64,000 nucleotides of DNA from Auanema rhodensis (Eukaryota > Animalia > Nematoda): positions 8,680,001-8,744,000 of the forward strand of contig OZ059896.1 in assembly GCA_964057225.1 (NCBI GenBank). The letters are read 5' to 3'. The notes under the pieces are model-generated. The model had not been told where the DNA came from and made no database searches. It saw nothing but the letters and a program-made list of their open reading frames with translations. Positions 13,098 to 25,037 of this stretch are shown piece after piece; position 1 is the stretch's first letter; each line of letters begins with the position of its first letter. Position numbers and translations under genes: made by a program.

Positions 13098-13747
13098 CTA
13101 CAATTGTATATGATTAATATCATCGAGAAGAATAACATCTTTGAAAATCTTCAAATCAAATAATTGAAAGACAGAATCCATCGAATTGGTGTAGATAGTA
13201 TTGATAAGGTAAGATGTTCCATAAGATCGGCCTTATATGGGTTTTACTTATCAACTGTACGGGTGGTTCCACTAGTCAGACCTCAAACGTGCCATATTCG
13301 TTTTATGGTCACCAATGTTCATGAAGTATCAATAAACAAAGAAGGGAGAAGTAAGTGTTAAGACTTATATCTCACATCATTAAACTGCAATTTTAATGTA
13401 AAATCTATAAATTAAATTAAAACTCTGTAATTTCACTTCATGTCGATAATATCGTAGAAATACTTCTTTGTCATTTAATATTTCACTGTTCAAGTTTCTG
13501 GCAAGTTTTAGTTATCATTTGGTTAAACGAAAAAATGTTTTATTATTCTCTTTCTTTTACAAATGTTAGTCTTAGCCACATCATTGTGAAATATATGCTT
13601 AAATTAAAGGGCGGTAACTAGTTAAAGTACCATTATATGTAAATATGATGCTAATTGTAGTGCTTAGTTATTAGTTATTTTTGAGATTATAAAATTGGCA
13701 TTTTTTATTATTGTTGCATTTTGAACACAGTAATTTTTACAGTCATA

Positions 13748-15815
13748 TGTCCAAAAAAACGTTTATTCCTAAGTGGAAGCCAGGCTATAGCTTAGGGAAT
13801 AACAGCGGTTTTATTAGTGAATCCAAATTTCGACGACAACCGTCAAGATTTGATGGAATCGAAAATACAATGACCATACGAACTATCCATGAAGGACGAA
13901 GTTTGAAATTAAAACATGGCATACTTTATTGTTGATAAAAAATATTCGAGGAAATGGATTTGAAGCTGCACCTTGGATAACAGTAAACAATAACAATTTC
14001 TCCCAACCAAATGATTGCGAACTCACGGGAACCGTTGGTGATAACAATAGAAATATAAATAAGTTAACAAAGGTTAGTTCATTCTGGCAGCAAAAATACT
14101 ATTAATCTAGGGTCGCGTCACACAAAGAGTGGGAATGTTCAGAAATGCTAAGCAATCTCAAGTGATTTATAATAATGTCTCCTCGGCAGTTCGAAAAATG
14201 GTAATCGAAGGACATTTTTGATTGGTGTATTCTCCTAATTATATTCCTTAAAATTATCTCGTTTTCATTAAGGTTGATCGTGACATTGAGGAATTAATAG
14301 CACCAGAGTGTGATGTACAATGGGCTCCAAATATTAATGTGAGATATTTAAAATACACTGGTTATATAGATCTTATCTTATAGAATCCTTGTAATAATAT
14401 CAATAATAATTCTAAAGGTATTGATAATAACAATAATTGTAATAATTTCAACAGTAAAAACGTAGAAATGAATGAAAGAGAGGATGGGTACATACATTAT
14501 ATATATACAACCTTATAATTTATCTTTTCGATGTTTTCAGACTGTTTTATGATCACCAAACTGGTGCCAGACGGTCTCGAGCAAGGGGTAAATATGTTTA
14601 CCTTTAATTTTTATTTGTAAACGTATAATAATTGCAGAAGATTTTCCTCTGAACGAATGTGCACTAAATGTTCAGGCAAAGAGAGTCCGGTTAGTTATAT
14701 AATTATCTTTTGTTTATTATTCAACTATTTCAGGTACTGTGATCAAATACGGAATAACGACTTGAGTTCCTGCAATGTTAGTGAGAGTTACAGTTATGAT
14801 TTTATTTGTAGTTTTAAAGGGACCTGCTATAATAAGGAAACAAAGTGAAATATGCACTCCGAGTCACACACCTTACAATGAAGAGCTGTACGAAATTACT
14901 ACGTGTTTACGAAAACGTTGTTTACAAGCTTTCAGGATAGATCCGGTTGCTGATAATGAAAATGAAAAAAACGAAAAACTGCCATATCCATCAATTGCTC
15001 TATCGAAACGTATGTTAGCAACGCTGCCTGCTCTAGGACTTAGAGATGACGATCGCAAAGAGTAGGATGACTATTGAATATTTTGAAACAATAATTGTTT
15101 AGTTACGATACAGTAGCTCTGAGTATGATGACAGAAAGTATACGAAGAAGTGTGATAAGTGTTACTTCTGAGACTAACGTCAGTTTCTAACTTATTTTTT
15201 CAAACGTTGAATATTATAGATGTTGGAATCTTTTATGAATAAAACACAGGCTATAAATATAAGCTCTGCCGAGAGTCTTGATTCATTGAATGATGTAGAT
15301 GCTAACCAGCACGAATTTTTAATTCCCCCGTATGTTACCATTTTTTTTCTCGATTAAGCAATATTTTAAGTTCTCCTTTTATTAATGGAGTACGCTCATC
15401 AAGCCCACCACCAACTCCTCCTTTGGAGAAAGAGTTTAATCAAACTATAATACATTTGCCGTTCAATAATGATCCATCAGATCACATGGTAAGTTGTATA
15501 CTGTTTGTATAATGATCTAACCTTCTATTTCTCGCAGTCTGCTCATTTATCATCGAAGGGCTTAGAAGACGAGCAAGAAAATACACATTTTGTTAATATT
15601 GAAGGTACTTTATTTTGCTGTTAGTAGTAATAAAAAATATATTATTAGGTGGTGATGCAGAGATACTTTATGCGTACGAAGTGGAAGATGGGGATGAGAT
15701 AGTGGAAAGCCATTTTGCTACAGAAGGAGTCACTCGTTTTTGGCCTTTTGATGGTAACACTGGTTCTGTGGTTTTGCAATATCGTTTTAATTTCAGAAGA
15801 AGAAAGCTGTCATGA
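13748..15815 (+). CDS. Multi-exon protein of unknown function
   Basis: TTTACAG acceptor then ATG (MSKKTFIPKWKPGY); chain of short exons separated by about 40-nt GT-AG introns; ends FNFRRRKLS*; no recognisable domain. Confidence 0.6.
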
Positions 15816-17007
15816 AACAGACCAAGAACCGTCTGAAGCAGTTTACAACTGGACAAATGCTTGGCAAGAAAAAAGTTCATATTTTTAAATATGACAGTCA
15901 AATCCATATTGATCTGTGAATTATCTCAATATTATTTTAAAATATTTCTTGTATTTTTACTATACGTCTGTGAGTTAAAAGTAGCTTTGTTTCTTTGCCT
16001 AACCGATGTTTATTATCAGTGTGGCTTGATAAGCATTCTCAAATTATAGTCACACATCTGTCGTAAGCTGCAGAGTTGAAACTATTTGCAGAACATTTTC
16101 TACTGCTTCATCATATTGCTTTATATTGTTTTCAAGAAATAGATTCATTAAAATTTTTAATGTTTTTCATCATTGTTTATGTATTATTTAGGATCAATAT
16201 TTCGAAACGACTATTATGTTCAGGATACGTATCCTTAAGAATTTTAAATAATACAATTTTAAAAAATGGGATGAGGACCCTATACTTTACTACAATTTTA
16301 AAAGGATTTGGTAAATATAGAAAATGGTGTTGATATTAATGCATGTTCCAACTTATGCATGGAATTATGCGGTAAAATCTATATTCACGTTAATTTCTAT
16401 AAACAGATAGTTTTTGAAGATTCCTTATTAATTTGGATATTTCTTTCGTTTCGCAGTTGATAATATTACCGAAAATAAATCATTTGAAATCAGAACGAGA
16501 AAAATCAGGTATCAATGTTTCAGTTATTGTAGCTTTTAAATAGTATTATTTGATGGATTTTAGATATATCAATATATCTAAAATAATTGAGGCTTATAGA
16601 TGAGAAAAAACAGGGAAGATAATGCTAACGTTCCTATACAAATGCGTTATAAAAGTTGTCGAACAGTAGCATACTGAATTCAGATTGCAAATGTTCCTAA
16701 TTACTTTAGTTGAACATATTTATAAAGCTGAACTCGGCGATAGGATATGTACCTATTTAGGAAAAAGGTTTGAATCTAGTGCTTATGAATTATGCGAGAA
16801 CACATGCCAACTGATGAAGAAACTGTGTTTTATGACAGTTTCGTGCGAAACGCGGAGAGAAAATGAATAGTTTTTAACGAATACAAGAATAGATGATTGG
16901 AACACATGTTTATTTGAAAATTTAAAGAAATAAATTTAAAATTCGGGCAAATTATTTCAATGAAATAGACAATTTAACAGGGAACACTCGGAACGTGAAG
17001 ATCACAT

Positions 17008-17831
17008 CTATCTTCGCTTGCCGTATTTGTTCTTTCCACCTCTATGATTACGGCCCGGTCCACGTCCAGCAGCCAAATCTTCCTCATTCAAGAAAGAAGC
17101 ATCGTTATCAGATTCCTCCTCACCTGAAATGAAGGGTTAACACAGTATATATGCTATTATTTCATACTTTCGCTTTCTTCACTTCCACTGCCATCTTCAT
17201 CGTCTTCTTCCTCTTCTTCTTCGTCACTTCCACTAGATGGCATATCATCATCAGACTCTGCTTCCTCATCTTCTCCACCATTACCACCCATATCCTCTGA
17301 AAAAAAATAAATTCTACAGCTTTGATGTATCAAACGTACTGAACACAATCTCTCCCTCATCTTGCTCATCATTTTCATTAATTTTAGCATTTTCAGGAAG
17401 TTCTCCTTCGGCCTTAAGTCTGCGAGCTTCGTCTGGGGTGTATTTAAGGATAACATCAGCCTTAATAAGAAAAATAATTTGTGATACACTATTTAACCAA
17501 ACCTTTTCATCTTGATAATCACGAAGACCAATCAAAATAATATCTCCAGTATTGATCCACACCTTCTTTCGGAGTTTTCCACGAATATGACATACTCGCT
17601 TTTTACCGTCAAAACAAAATACATCTACTCGCCCGTTGCCAAGCATTTTTGTGACCTGTCCATATTCTAAAAACATTAAATTTTTATAAACAAAAGAGGT
17701 AAAACAATAAATTAATGAAATAAACTCAAACCTTGGCCTTGCTCTTTCTTATCCAGCTCTCTCTTCATAAAGTCATTCTCGTTCTTTCCTCTTCTGCGAT
17801 TTTTTCCTCCTTTTCCCTTATTCTTGGGCAT
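17008..17831 (-). CDS. eif-1.A: Translation initiation factor eIF1A
   Basis: [61 protein letters not shown]; long acidic tail ending [11 protein letters not shown]. Confidence 0.97.
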
Positions 17832-18729
17832 GTCAACCTAATTATCTAAAAATAATTAAGATTAAGCAGATACATTCAACAAGGAAAGAAAAAAAACAGT
17901 AGTCAGTAGACTTGAAAATAAATATCCTGATGCAACGAAAAACGACAAGCAAATTAAATGCAAAGAAGGCGTAGTTTCCTTGTAAACTGAGTACGCGCAC
18001 TGACAAAGAGAACATTGTCTAATGAAAATCTATTATCATTCAAGAACAGGGTATAAGGGATCAAATAATTAGTAAATGAATAAAATTCCATAGTTATGAT
18101 TTGGTTCAAATTTATTATCATATATTGCCACGTGCGTCTTTTTGTTATTTCTTTTGTACTATTCCAGGCTTTTCATTTAACTGGTTTTGTTGATATTGCA
18201 TGGTCGACTCCCAAACAATTTCAGCACGTGGTGACTATATTTCCACTGAGGTCAATATTTTTCATTATATATCGATCTATCAACTAATAAATAAAATTAT
18301 TTATATACATTTATAATATTTGACAAGTCTGAATTTTTTCTTAAGGCTGACGAAATTATTAGCCAATCTGACACCGTAAGACAGAATATTAAGGAATCGA
18401 ATTCTTATTCAACAAGTCTTTTATACAATTTTTTTGATCAGAAAGTGGGGCTTTTTTGTCAACACTACGAATTAGAAAAACCACAGGTAAAAAACACCTA
18501 CTATTTTAACCTATTTTTTTGTTATAGATCTTTCTTGGTGTAACCCTCTTGATTTTGTTGAGCTTGTTCATATTTTTTACCTTTCTATCTTGGGCTTATT
18601 ATAGACCTATTATTCTTAATTTTCATATCAAGGAAGAGTTAGCAAAGAGGCAAACTGAAAAAGATAAAAGTAACATACTTGATTGATATTATAACACATT
18701 TTTGTCACTACAGAAAAAGAAGAGTAACC

Positions 18730-20508
18730 ATGGACAAATTTAAGAGCTTCTTCAGAGAAAAAAAAGTTAATAAACATTTTAAAAAAACTGGACCTGGTCA
18801 ACGGTTATCTGATATTTCTCCTAGCTCTTCTCCAAATATTGTAACTGGAACGGCTCAGGTAAGTCATTTGTTTAAGGATAATGAAGATTGTGCTTTGAAG
18901 GGTGGTGTTGTTGACCGCATAGCTGCTTCTGATGTAGCTGCCCAGGCAGCTATAAAGCGTCTTTATAAGAATGACCCTTCTCAAGAGTTATCCTATAGTC
19001 AAAAAAAAATTCAAATGATGGTATGAAGAAAAGTTTTATATTCGTGATAATTTGAAATTTTCAAGGCAAAAAAAGAGTTGGAGGAGGAACGGCGCAAAAA
19101 TGATCCTTCGTACGGTATGCAGAATTTAACAATTTCAGAGCAAAGGTAAATGAATTAAAATTAGATACAAAATTTATAATATTTTTAGAGTTATCGATAA
19201 TCAAGAGTTTGAGCATTCTGGTGCTATTGAGCATGTTTTTTATTCTTGCGAGCTACTTGGTGATGATATCATGCTTTCGAAACCAGAGGTTAGACTTTGG
19301 AGTGGCTTTCAATTTTTTAATTTACTTTTTTTAAAGCTAACGAAGGCGATTGAACAATTTTTGCTGGAACAAGTTTCTTGTCCTGATGATGATAATGTTA
19401 TTCCGGCTGTGCTACTGATTTTCTCTGTTAATTCGCGAGCTCAACGAGAGGTATTCGTTAGCCAAAATGAAATGTTTTATTTTCTGTTAGGCTTGTGTGG
19501 ATATTCTCACCAAATATCTTCGGAACATTATTGAGAATCCAGAGGATCAGAAGTATTGTCGAATTCGAATGTCGAACAAAGCATATCAAGTATTGTTTGG
19601 CTTTTGTTTTGGAAAAATTACATTCTTAAGGAGAAAGTTAAACCTGTGACTGGTTCTTCAGTTTTTTTGAAGGCTGTTGGTTTTAAAGAGCATAATATTC
19701 CTCCTAAAGACGGCGAACCTCCAGAGCCATTTTGGGTGATGCCTGGAATCACAGATGGTTCTATATTTCTTTTTTAGTTATCATATATATAATTTCAGAG
19801 GTAATTGCTACCTTAGTTGGGGGGTTGGAAGCAATTCAAAACGGGCAGAGTGTACCTATCAAGGTTTCAAGAAATGCTTCCGTTAGTTTTTGTTTCTGTT
19901 TATGTATTTAATATGCATTTTCGCTTTACAGATTTTTTTACTAAAGGAAAATCAAAAAGTTACGTCTCCAAATCTTTCATCGGATTTTTATGATCTTACT
20001 TCGAGTGAAATTAAAAAGGAGCAGCAACTCAAAAAAGATGAAGTTGAGAGAATGTTAACATTACGTACAAAGGAAATGAGAGAAAGAGATGAAAAACTTC
20101 GTGATTTTAAGTATAAATACAGTCTTATACGCATACGACTGCCTGATCGTTTTGTAATTCAAGTTTGTAGCGATTTTTTTTCAATTTATCATTTCTATTT
20201 CTATATAGGGCACCTTTGGATGCTATGAAACGTTTGATACCATTCGGACATTTGTTTTTGAGCATTTGGCTCAAGAACACCACTCTGTTGAATGGAAACT
20301 TAAAGATCCTATTAATCTTACCAGATCATTAGATGAAAATAAGTAATATTACTAGTTTGGCTTGTTGATATCGATACTATTCAGAACAATTGGAGAACTT
20401 GGATTAGCCCCTGCCGCGGTTCTTCATTTGGAATGGGGTCAGCCAGTGATGGGTCCATCGCTGGAGCAACAGTTTATCGATCTCGCAAAAGATTTTTTGG
20501 AGGGATAA
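18730..20508 (+). CDS. ubxn-6: PUB and UBX domain p97/CDC-48 cofactor UBXN-6
   Basis: FKKTGPGQRL; PUB-like KYLRNIIENPEDQKYCRIRMSNKAY; MLTLRTKEMRE; UBX-like KYSLIRIRLPD...LGLAPAAVL. Confidence 0.92.
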
Positions 20509-20720
20509 AACGATAAACTGTCAGTTTTCAATCTGAAAATATATAAGGATACATTTGCTTTTTATTAATTTATTTCCCTCTCGTAATACTTTGTATCTTA
20601 TAATACCTATATTAAAGATTTGTAATTTGATAGAAATAAGTGTCTCGTGGTTTGAACCTATTCTATCTGCTTATTGAATTATGCTGCAATCTAGTTTATC
20701 ATCAAATTGCCTTTACAGTT

Positions 20721-21353
20721 ATGAATCCAACTACTGATAAGACAACATTGAGAAATGTTACGGGTGTTACAGGTGAGTATTGCTTCGTTGCCGTACATAA
20801 TCAGGGTTGCAGCGCCATTTTTGCTCTTGAATTCATCCAGACCTGAAATCGGACCTACTAAACAGTCTGGTATTTTATCAAGGTTTGTTTTTTTCATAGT
20901 TAGGAACTAAATAGGAGCATCATGCAGATTACGTAGCTTTCTACCTGAAATTGAACAAGCTAATAACGAGCTTGATTCAGAGAGTTGTTCTGAAGAAGTT
21001 ATTCAAGTGGGAAGCCATTGCTTACATCAAGCTAATTTCATTTATTTAGATCGAAAAAGTTGTGACTGAAGATAATTCCAGCTCATCAGATTCTGATTCT
21101 GATTCGGATTCTGATGTAGAACCTGAATCTATGAAAAGTAAAACTGAAACTCAGTGCATTCAAATGGATGTGAATTTATTCAAAGATCTTGGTGCTGTGG
21201 ACAATAATGATATAGCTGTATTTTCCCTATTCATATGCGATAAAACCAGTCTTTTTTCAGGTTGAGGATGTTGACAATGTTCCTATAGGATTTCAAGACG
21301 ATAAAGCAGAAGAACCAATCCCAAAAAAAATTATTGTTGAAGAATTACTCTAG
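20721..21353 (+). CDS. Small acidic protein, NOPCHAP1/C12orf45 (DUF4598)-like
   Basis: Spliced ILSRLRSFLPEIEQANNEL, SD repeat, CIQMDVNLF and KIIVEEL* fit the family pattern. Confidence 0.65.
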
Positions 21354-21462
21354 AAGAATGATCTCTCCTTTTGTTACATTGTTGTTGATCATGTTGAATT
21401 ATGATTGTTGTTTGTTATTTGTAATTATATAAAGTTCCAAACTTTCTTTTTCAGTTTTTCTT

Positions 21463-24400
21463 ATGGTTCTGTAGATTCTGAACTTCGATATCTACTATAC
21501 GTCTTTATATGTCGTTTACCCGTCGACTATTTAGAAAATTTTTCGTCTAGTCCGATTGTCTGTTCGAAGAATGTCTTTGATTACTGACGTTGATGTAAAG
21601 GCTGTTGAGCAACTTAAGGTTTATCATATGTGGAATAAAGCTCAGATTTCTTTTTAAGGATATATACAGTGATCTGTGTCAGGTCCCTATTGCTGCTTCT
21701 GGTCGCATAGTGAAAAATGGCTCTATAATGGAGGTTTACTTAATATCTGTGATTATTATAAAAAATTAATATGCTCAGGTGTCCTCTATTTGGGATAATA
21801 GAGCGCTAGCAATGAAGAAGTCAACTAGAAATCAACGATTAACTGTTTTGGAAAGAGCTGCTACAGGAAAAGAACATAAGGTTCTCGCTAGTTCCTCTTT
21901 ACCTTTGTTGAACTCAGAGTACGTTCTTAAAAAAACTAAATATGATATTCAATAATTTTTAGGGCTCAATCTGTTTGCTATTCTAAAAGTGGTTCTAAAG
22001 TTGCTCACCTTTTTACAGTCACAGAAGGAAAGGATAAAAAACAGTTCTTGAAAATTACAGATCAAAATGATCACATTGAAGTCCTTTGCACAGATTTAAC
22101 TTCTCAAAAGAAACATGGCCTTATTTATAGTCTGGGATCAGGTAAGCAACTTTTTGTTTCTCTTAACATTTGTTTTAGAGCCATTCGGAACTTTCCAATT
22201 CTCGAATGGAGAAGGACATGTTCTTTATTCGGCGGAAAGTTTGTCTAAGTCTGCACAATATTTCGATGGAGATTTGGACTGGTCCAACGAAGAAAAAATT
22301 TTGGAGAGCAATGTGGTATCTTAATCTGAAAGTTAGTAAAGCTGATTTTCATCTTTTCAGGGTGATAAGTATGAACTTAATGATTCTTGGGGAGAAGCTT
22401 GCTTTGACGTTAAACAACCTGTTTTGTGTATGGTTGATTTATCAAGTGGCAACGTAACGGTTTTAGACCAAATTGGGATTCATATTTCTCCAGGATATGT
22501 AAATTGAAAAGGGTTTAATAATATTTATTCGTACAATTAGGCAATTTGGGCTCCTGCAGATAAAGGCATCATTTTCTTTGGATTAGATAATGAACCATTC
22601 AAAATAGGAAAAATTTACTGCAATAACAGACCGTAGGTTAACATTTTCTTACTACTCAAACTTTGAACATATTTTAGTGGTGCCATGTACTACTATGAAC
22701 TCGAAAGCGCGAAGTTAACTGTTATTGGATCACGTGGTATAGCGGCTGAAAGTCCTATCTATAATCCTGATGGTACTACTCTCTACTATTTCCAAGTTAG
22801 ATTGCATTTATATATCTTAGTGTTTGTATCATAATAGAGAGCCGCTGATGGTCCCCATCAAGCTGTTTCCGAATTGGTTTCGGTACCTTGGCCTTATGAT
22901 GGATCCAAACCAACCACTGTTCTTCCTATTGTCCAAGAATGCAAGTTGGATGAATTCCCAGGATTTTCGTTTACCAAAGTAACATCTCGAGCTTTCACTG
23001 CTGATGGTGAGCGTCTGATTGTTGGAGTTGCTTGGAATAGCAGATTAGTAAGTATTACAATCAATAGTTTACGTCATTGAAACATGTAGGAAATTATCTC
23101 TGTTAACGTGAAAAATGGCAAAATTGCAAAAATTACCAATTTCGGTCAATGTCATGGCTCATGGCTACCACTTGATGTATGCGGAAATGATATATTGGCA
23201 GTTGTTTCTGCTCCCAACCGACCACCTACAGTGTTGTTTGGTTCCTTACCTGCAGCTGGAGAGGAAGAAAAAGTTTTCCTTACCTCTCATCTTAGAGTCG
23301 AAAAAATTAATTTAGATGGTCTGGACTCGTCTTGATAAGTGTAGTATAATGGAAAGAAAAAAAAATCTCTTAAATTATTCTTGGCATTTTGTGGGATTTC
23401 AGCGAGAAGGTTGTTTCCTAATTTTGTTTCATTATTTGTTTGATTTTTTCTTCAGATAATACTCCATATCAAGGAATTTTGATTTCACCAAATGAAGGAG
23501 AAAAGCATCCTCTAGTTGTTTATCCACACGGAGGACCTCATGGAATCTCTTTGGCGATGTCAGAAACAGTTATTTTCTTAGTTTTTCCTATAAAGAATTG
23601 TCTTTAGATGGCCTCGTCGTGATATCACTCTTTTATTGAATGCTGGTTTCGCTGTGTTATCCGTTAACTATCATGGATCCGTTGGCTTTGGAGATGACTT
23701 TGTTCGTTCGCTTCCTGGTCATTGTGGAGATTTAGATGTTAAAGATGTTCAAGTTTGTAAATATTAATTTTGAAAGTTTATATCTACTGAGTTCAGCATG
23801 CAGTCGAAACGGTTTTAGCAGGGGAACCCAATTTAGATTCTAACAAAGTTTTCTTATTTGGTGGTTCTCATGGCGGTTTTCTTGTTTCACATTTGATTGG
23901 GCAATATCCGGTAACTGTTCAAGCCTTTATGCTTTTGATCATTATCCAATACTTTAGAATTTTTACAAAGCATGTGTAGCATTGAATCCTGTCATCAATG
24001 TTCTTGCTATGCATGAAATAACCGATATCCCAGAATGGTTGATAACATATTACATTTCAATGTAATGCTTTCTTTAATTTAGGACTATTGTTGAAGGTAC
24101 TGGCCAAGAGCCTGATTGGAAAAAAGTATTAACCCATGACCAAATGCTCAAAATGTTTGACAGCTCTCCAATTGCTCATGTTGAGAAAGTATGATGTTTT
24201 CATTTTATTCTTTCCCATAAATAGAAAATTGCTGAAAGTTCATTTTAGGTTCAAACGCCGTATCTTCTTCTTATTGGAGAGAAAGATCTTCGTGTAGTAC
24301 CTCACTACAGAGCTTTCATTCGTAACTTGAAAGCCAGAAACATCCCATGCAAGTAATATACCAAAATAGCTGTCCCAAATCTACACATGTATTTTTAGAG

Positions 24401-24501
24401 TTTTGAGTTATCCACCATCTTGTCATCCTCTCGAAGAAGTCGAAGTCGAGGCAGATTATGCTATTAATATGGTTCGTTGGTTCCGTAAATACTCATGTTA
24501 A
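21463..24501 (+). CDS. dpf-5: Acylaminoacyl-peptidase (APEH, peptidase S9), DPF-5
   Basis: [17 protein letters not shown], nucleophile [25 protein letters not shown]. Confidence 0.9.
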
Positions 24502-25037
24502 ATAATGTACTTTATGTAAAAATAAATCTGTGATTTTTTGAAGTATCTATTTTTAAAAATTAAATTGTAAAATTATGTATTCATTTGTTTTTGTTTTCAA
24601 TAAATCATTATTGCTAAACACTGTGTTTACTAGCGCGCTCCATTTACAGCATGCCGTAATAGCATTAGAGCAGCGTCTGCTTTCTTGAAGGTAATCCGTG
24701 GAAAACATAAACTGGAGTTAAGCGTTTGATAAAATATTTTTTTTAATTTAATATTTTAAAAATCTTAATTGATTTAATCTTAATGATAAAAAAAAAACAA
24801 TGTTTTTTACAATGTATATTTTTTTGTTTGTTCCAAGTGGTATTATTTGAATCAATTAATGTTCAATGTTGTACTGGTCATATTTTTTTACTTAAAAAAC
24901 ATTGTCTTCTAGTAAAATGTGTTTGGATCGATACTGACTGATTCTTAAAATGCTTTCTCGTTTTATGATGTTTTTAATGCTATGTTTGATTGATTTTCAA
25001 CTGATTTAACATTATTTTTTTTAGTTTAAACTAGTGC

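Noticed and set aside
21509-21550. Programmed frameshift joining [10 protein letters not shown] to dpf-5
   Set aside because: Explained more simply by the ATG-only exon and intron 21466-21534; no canonical slippery heptamer
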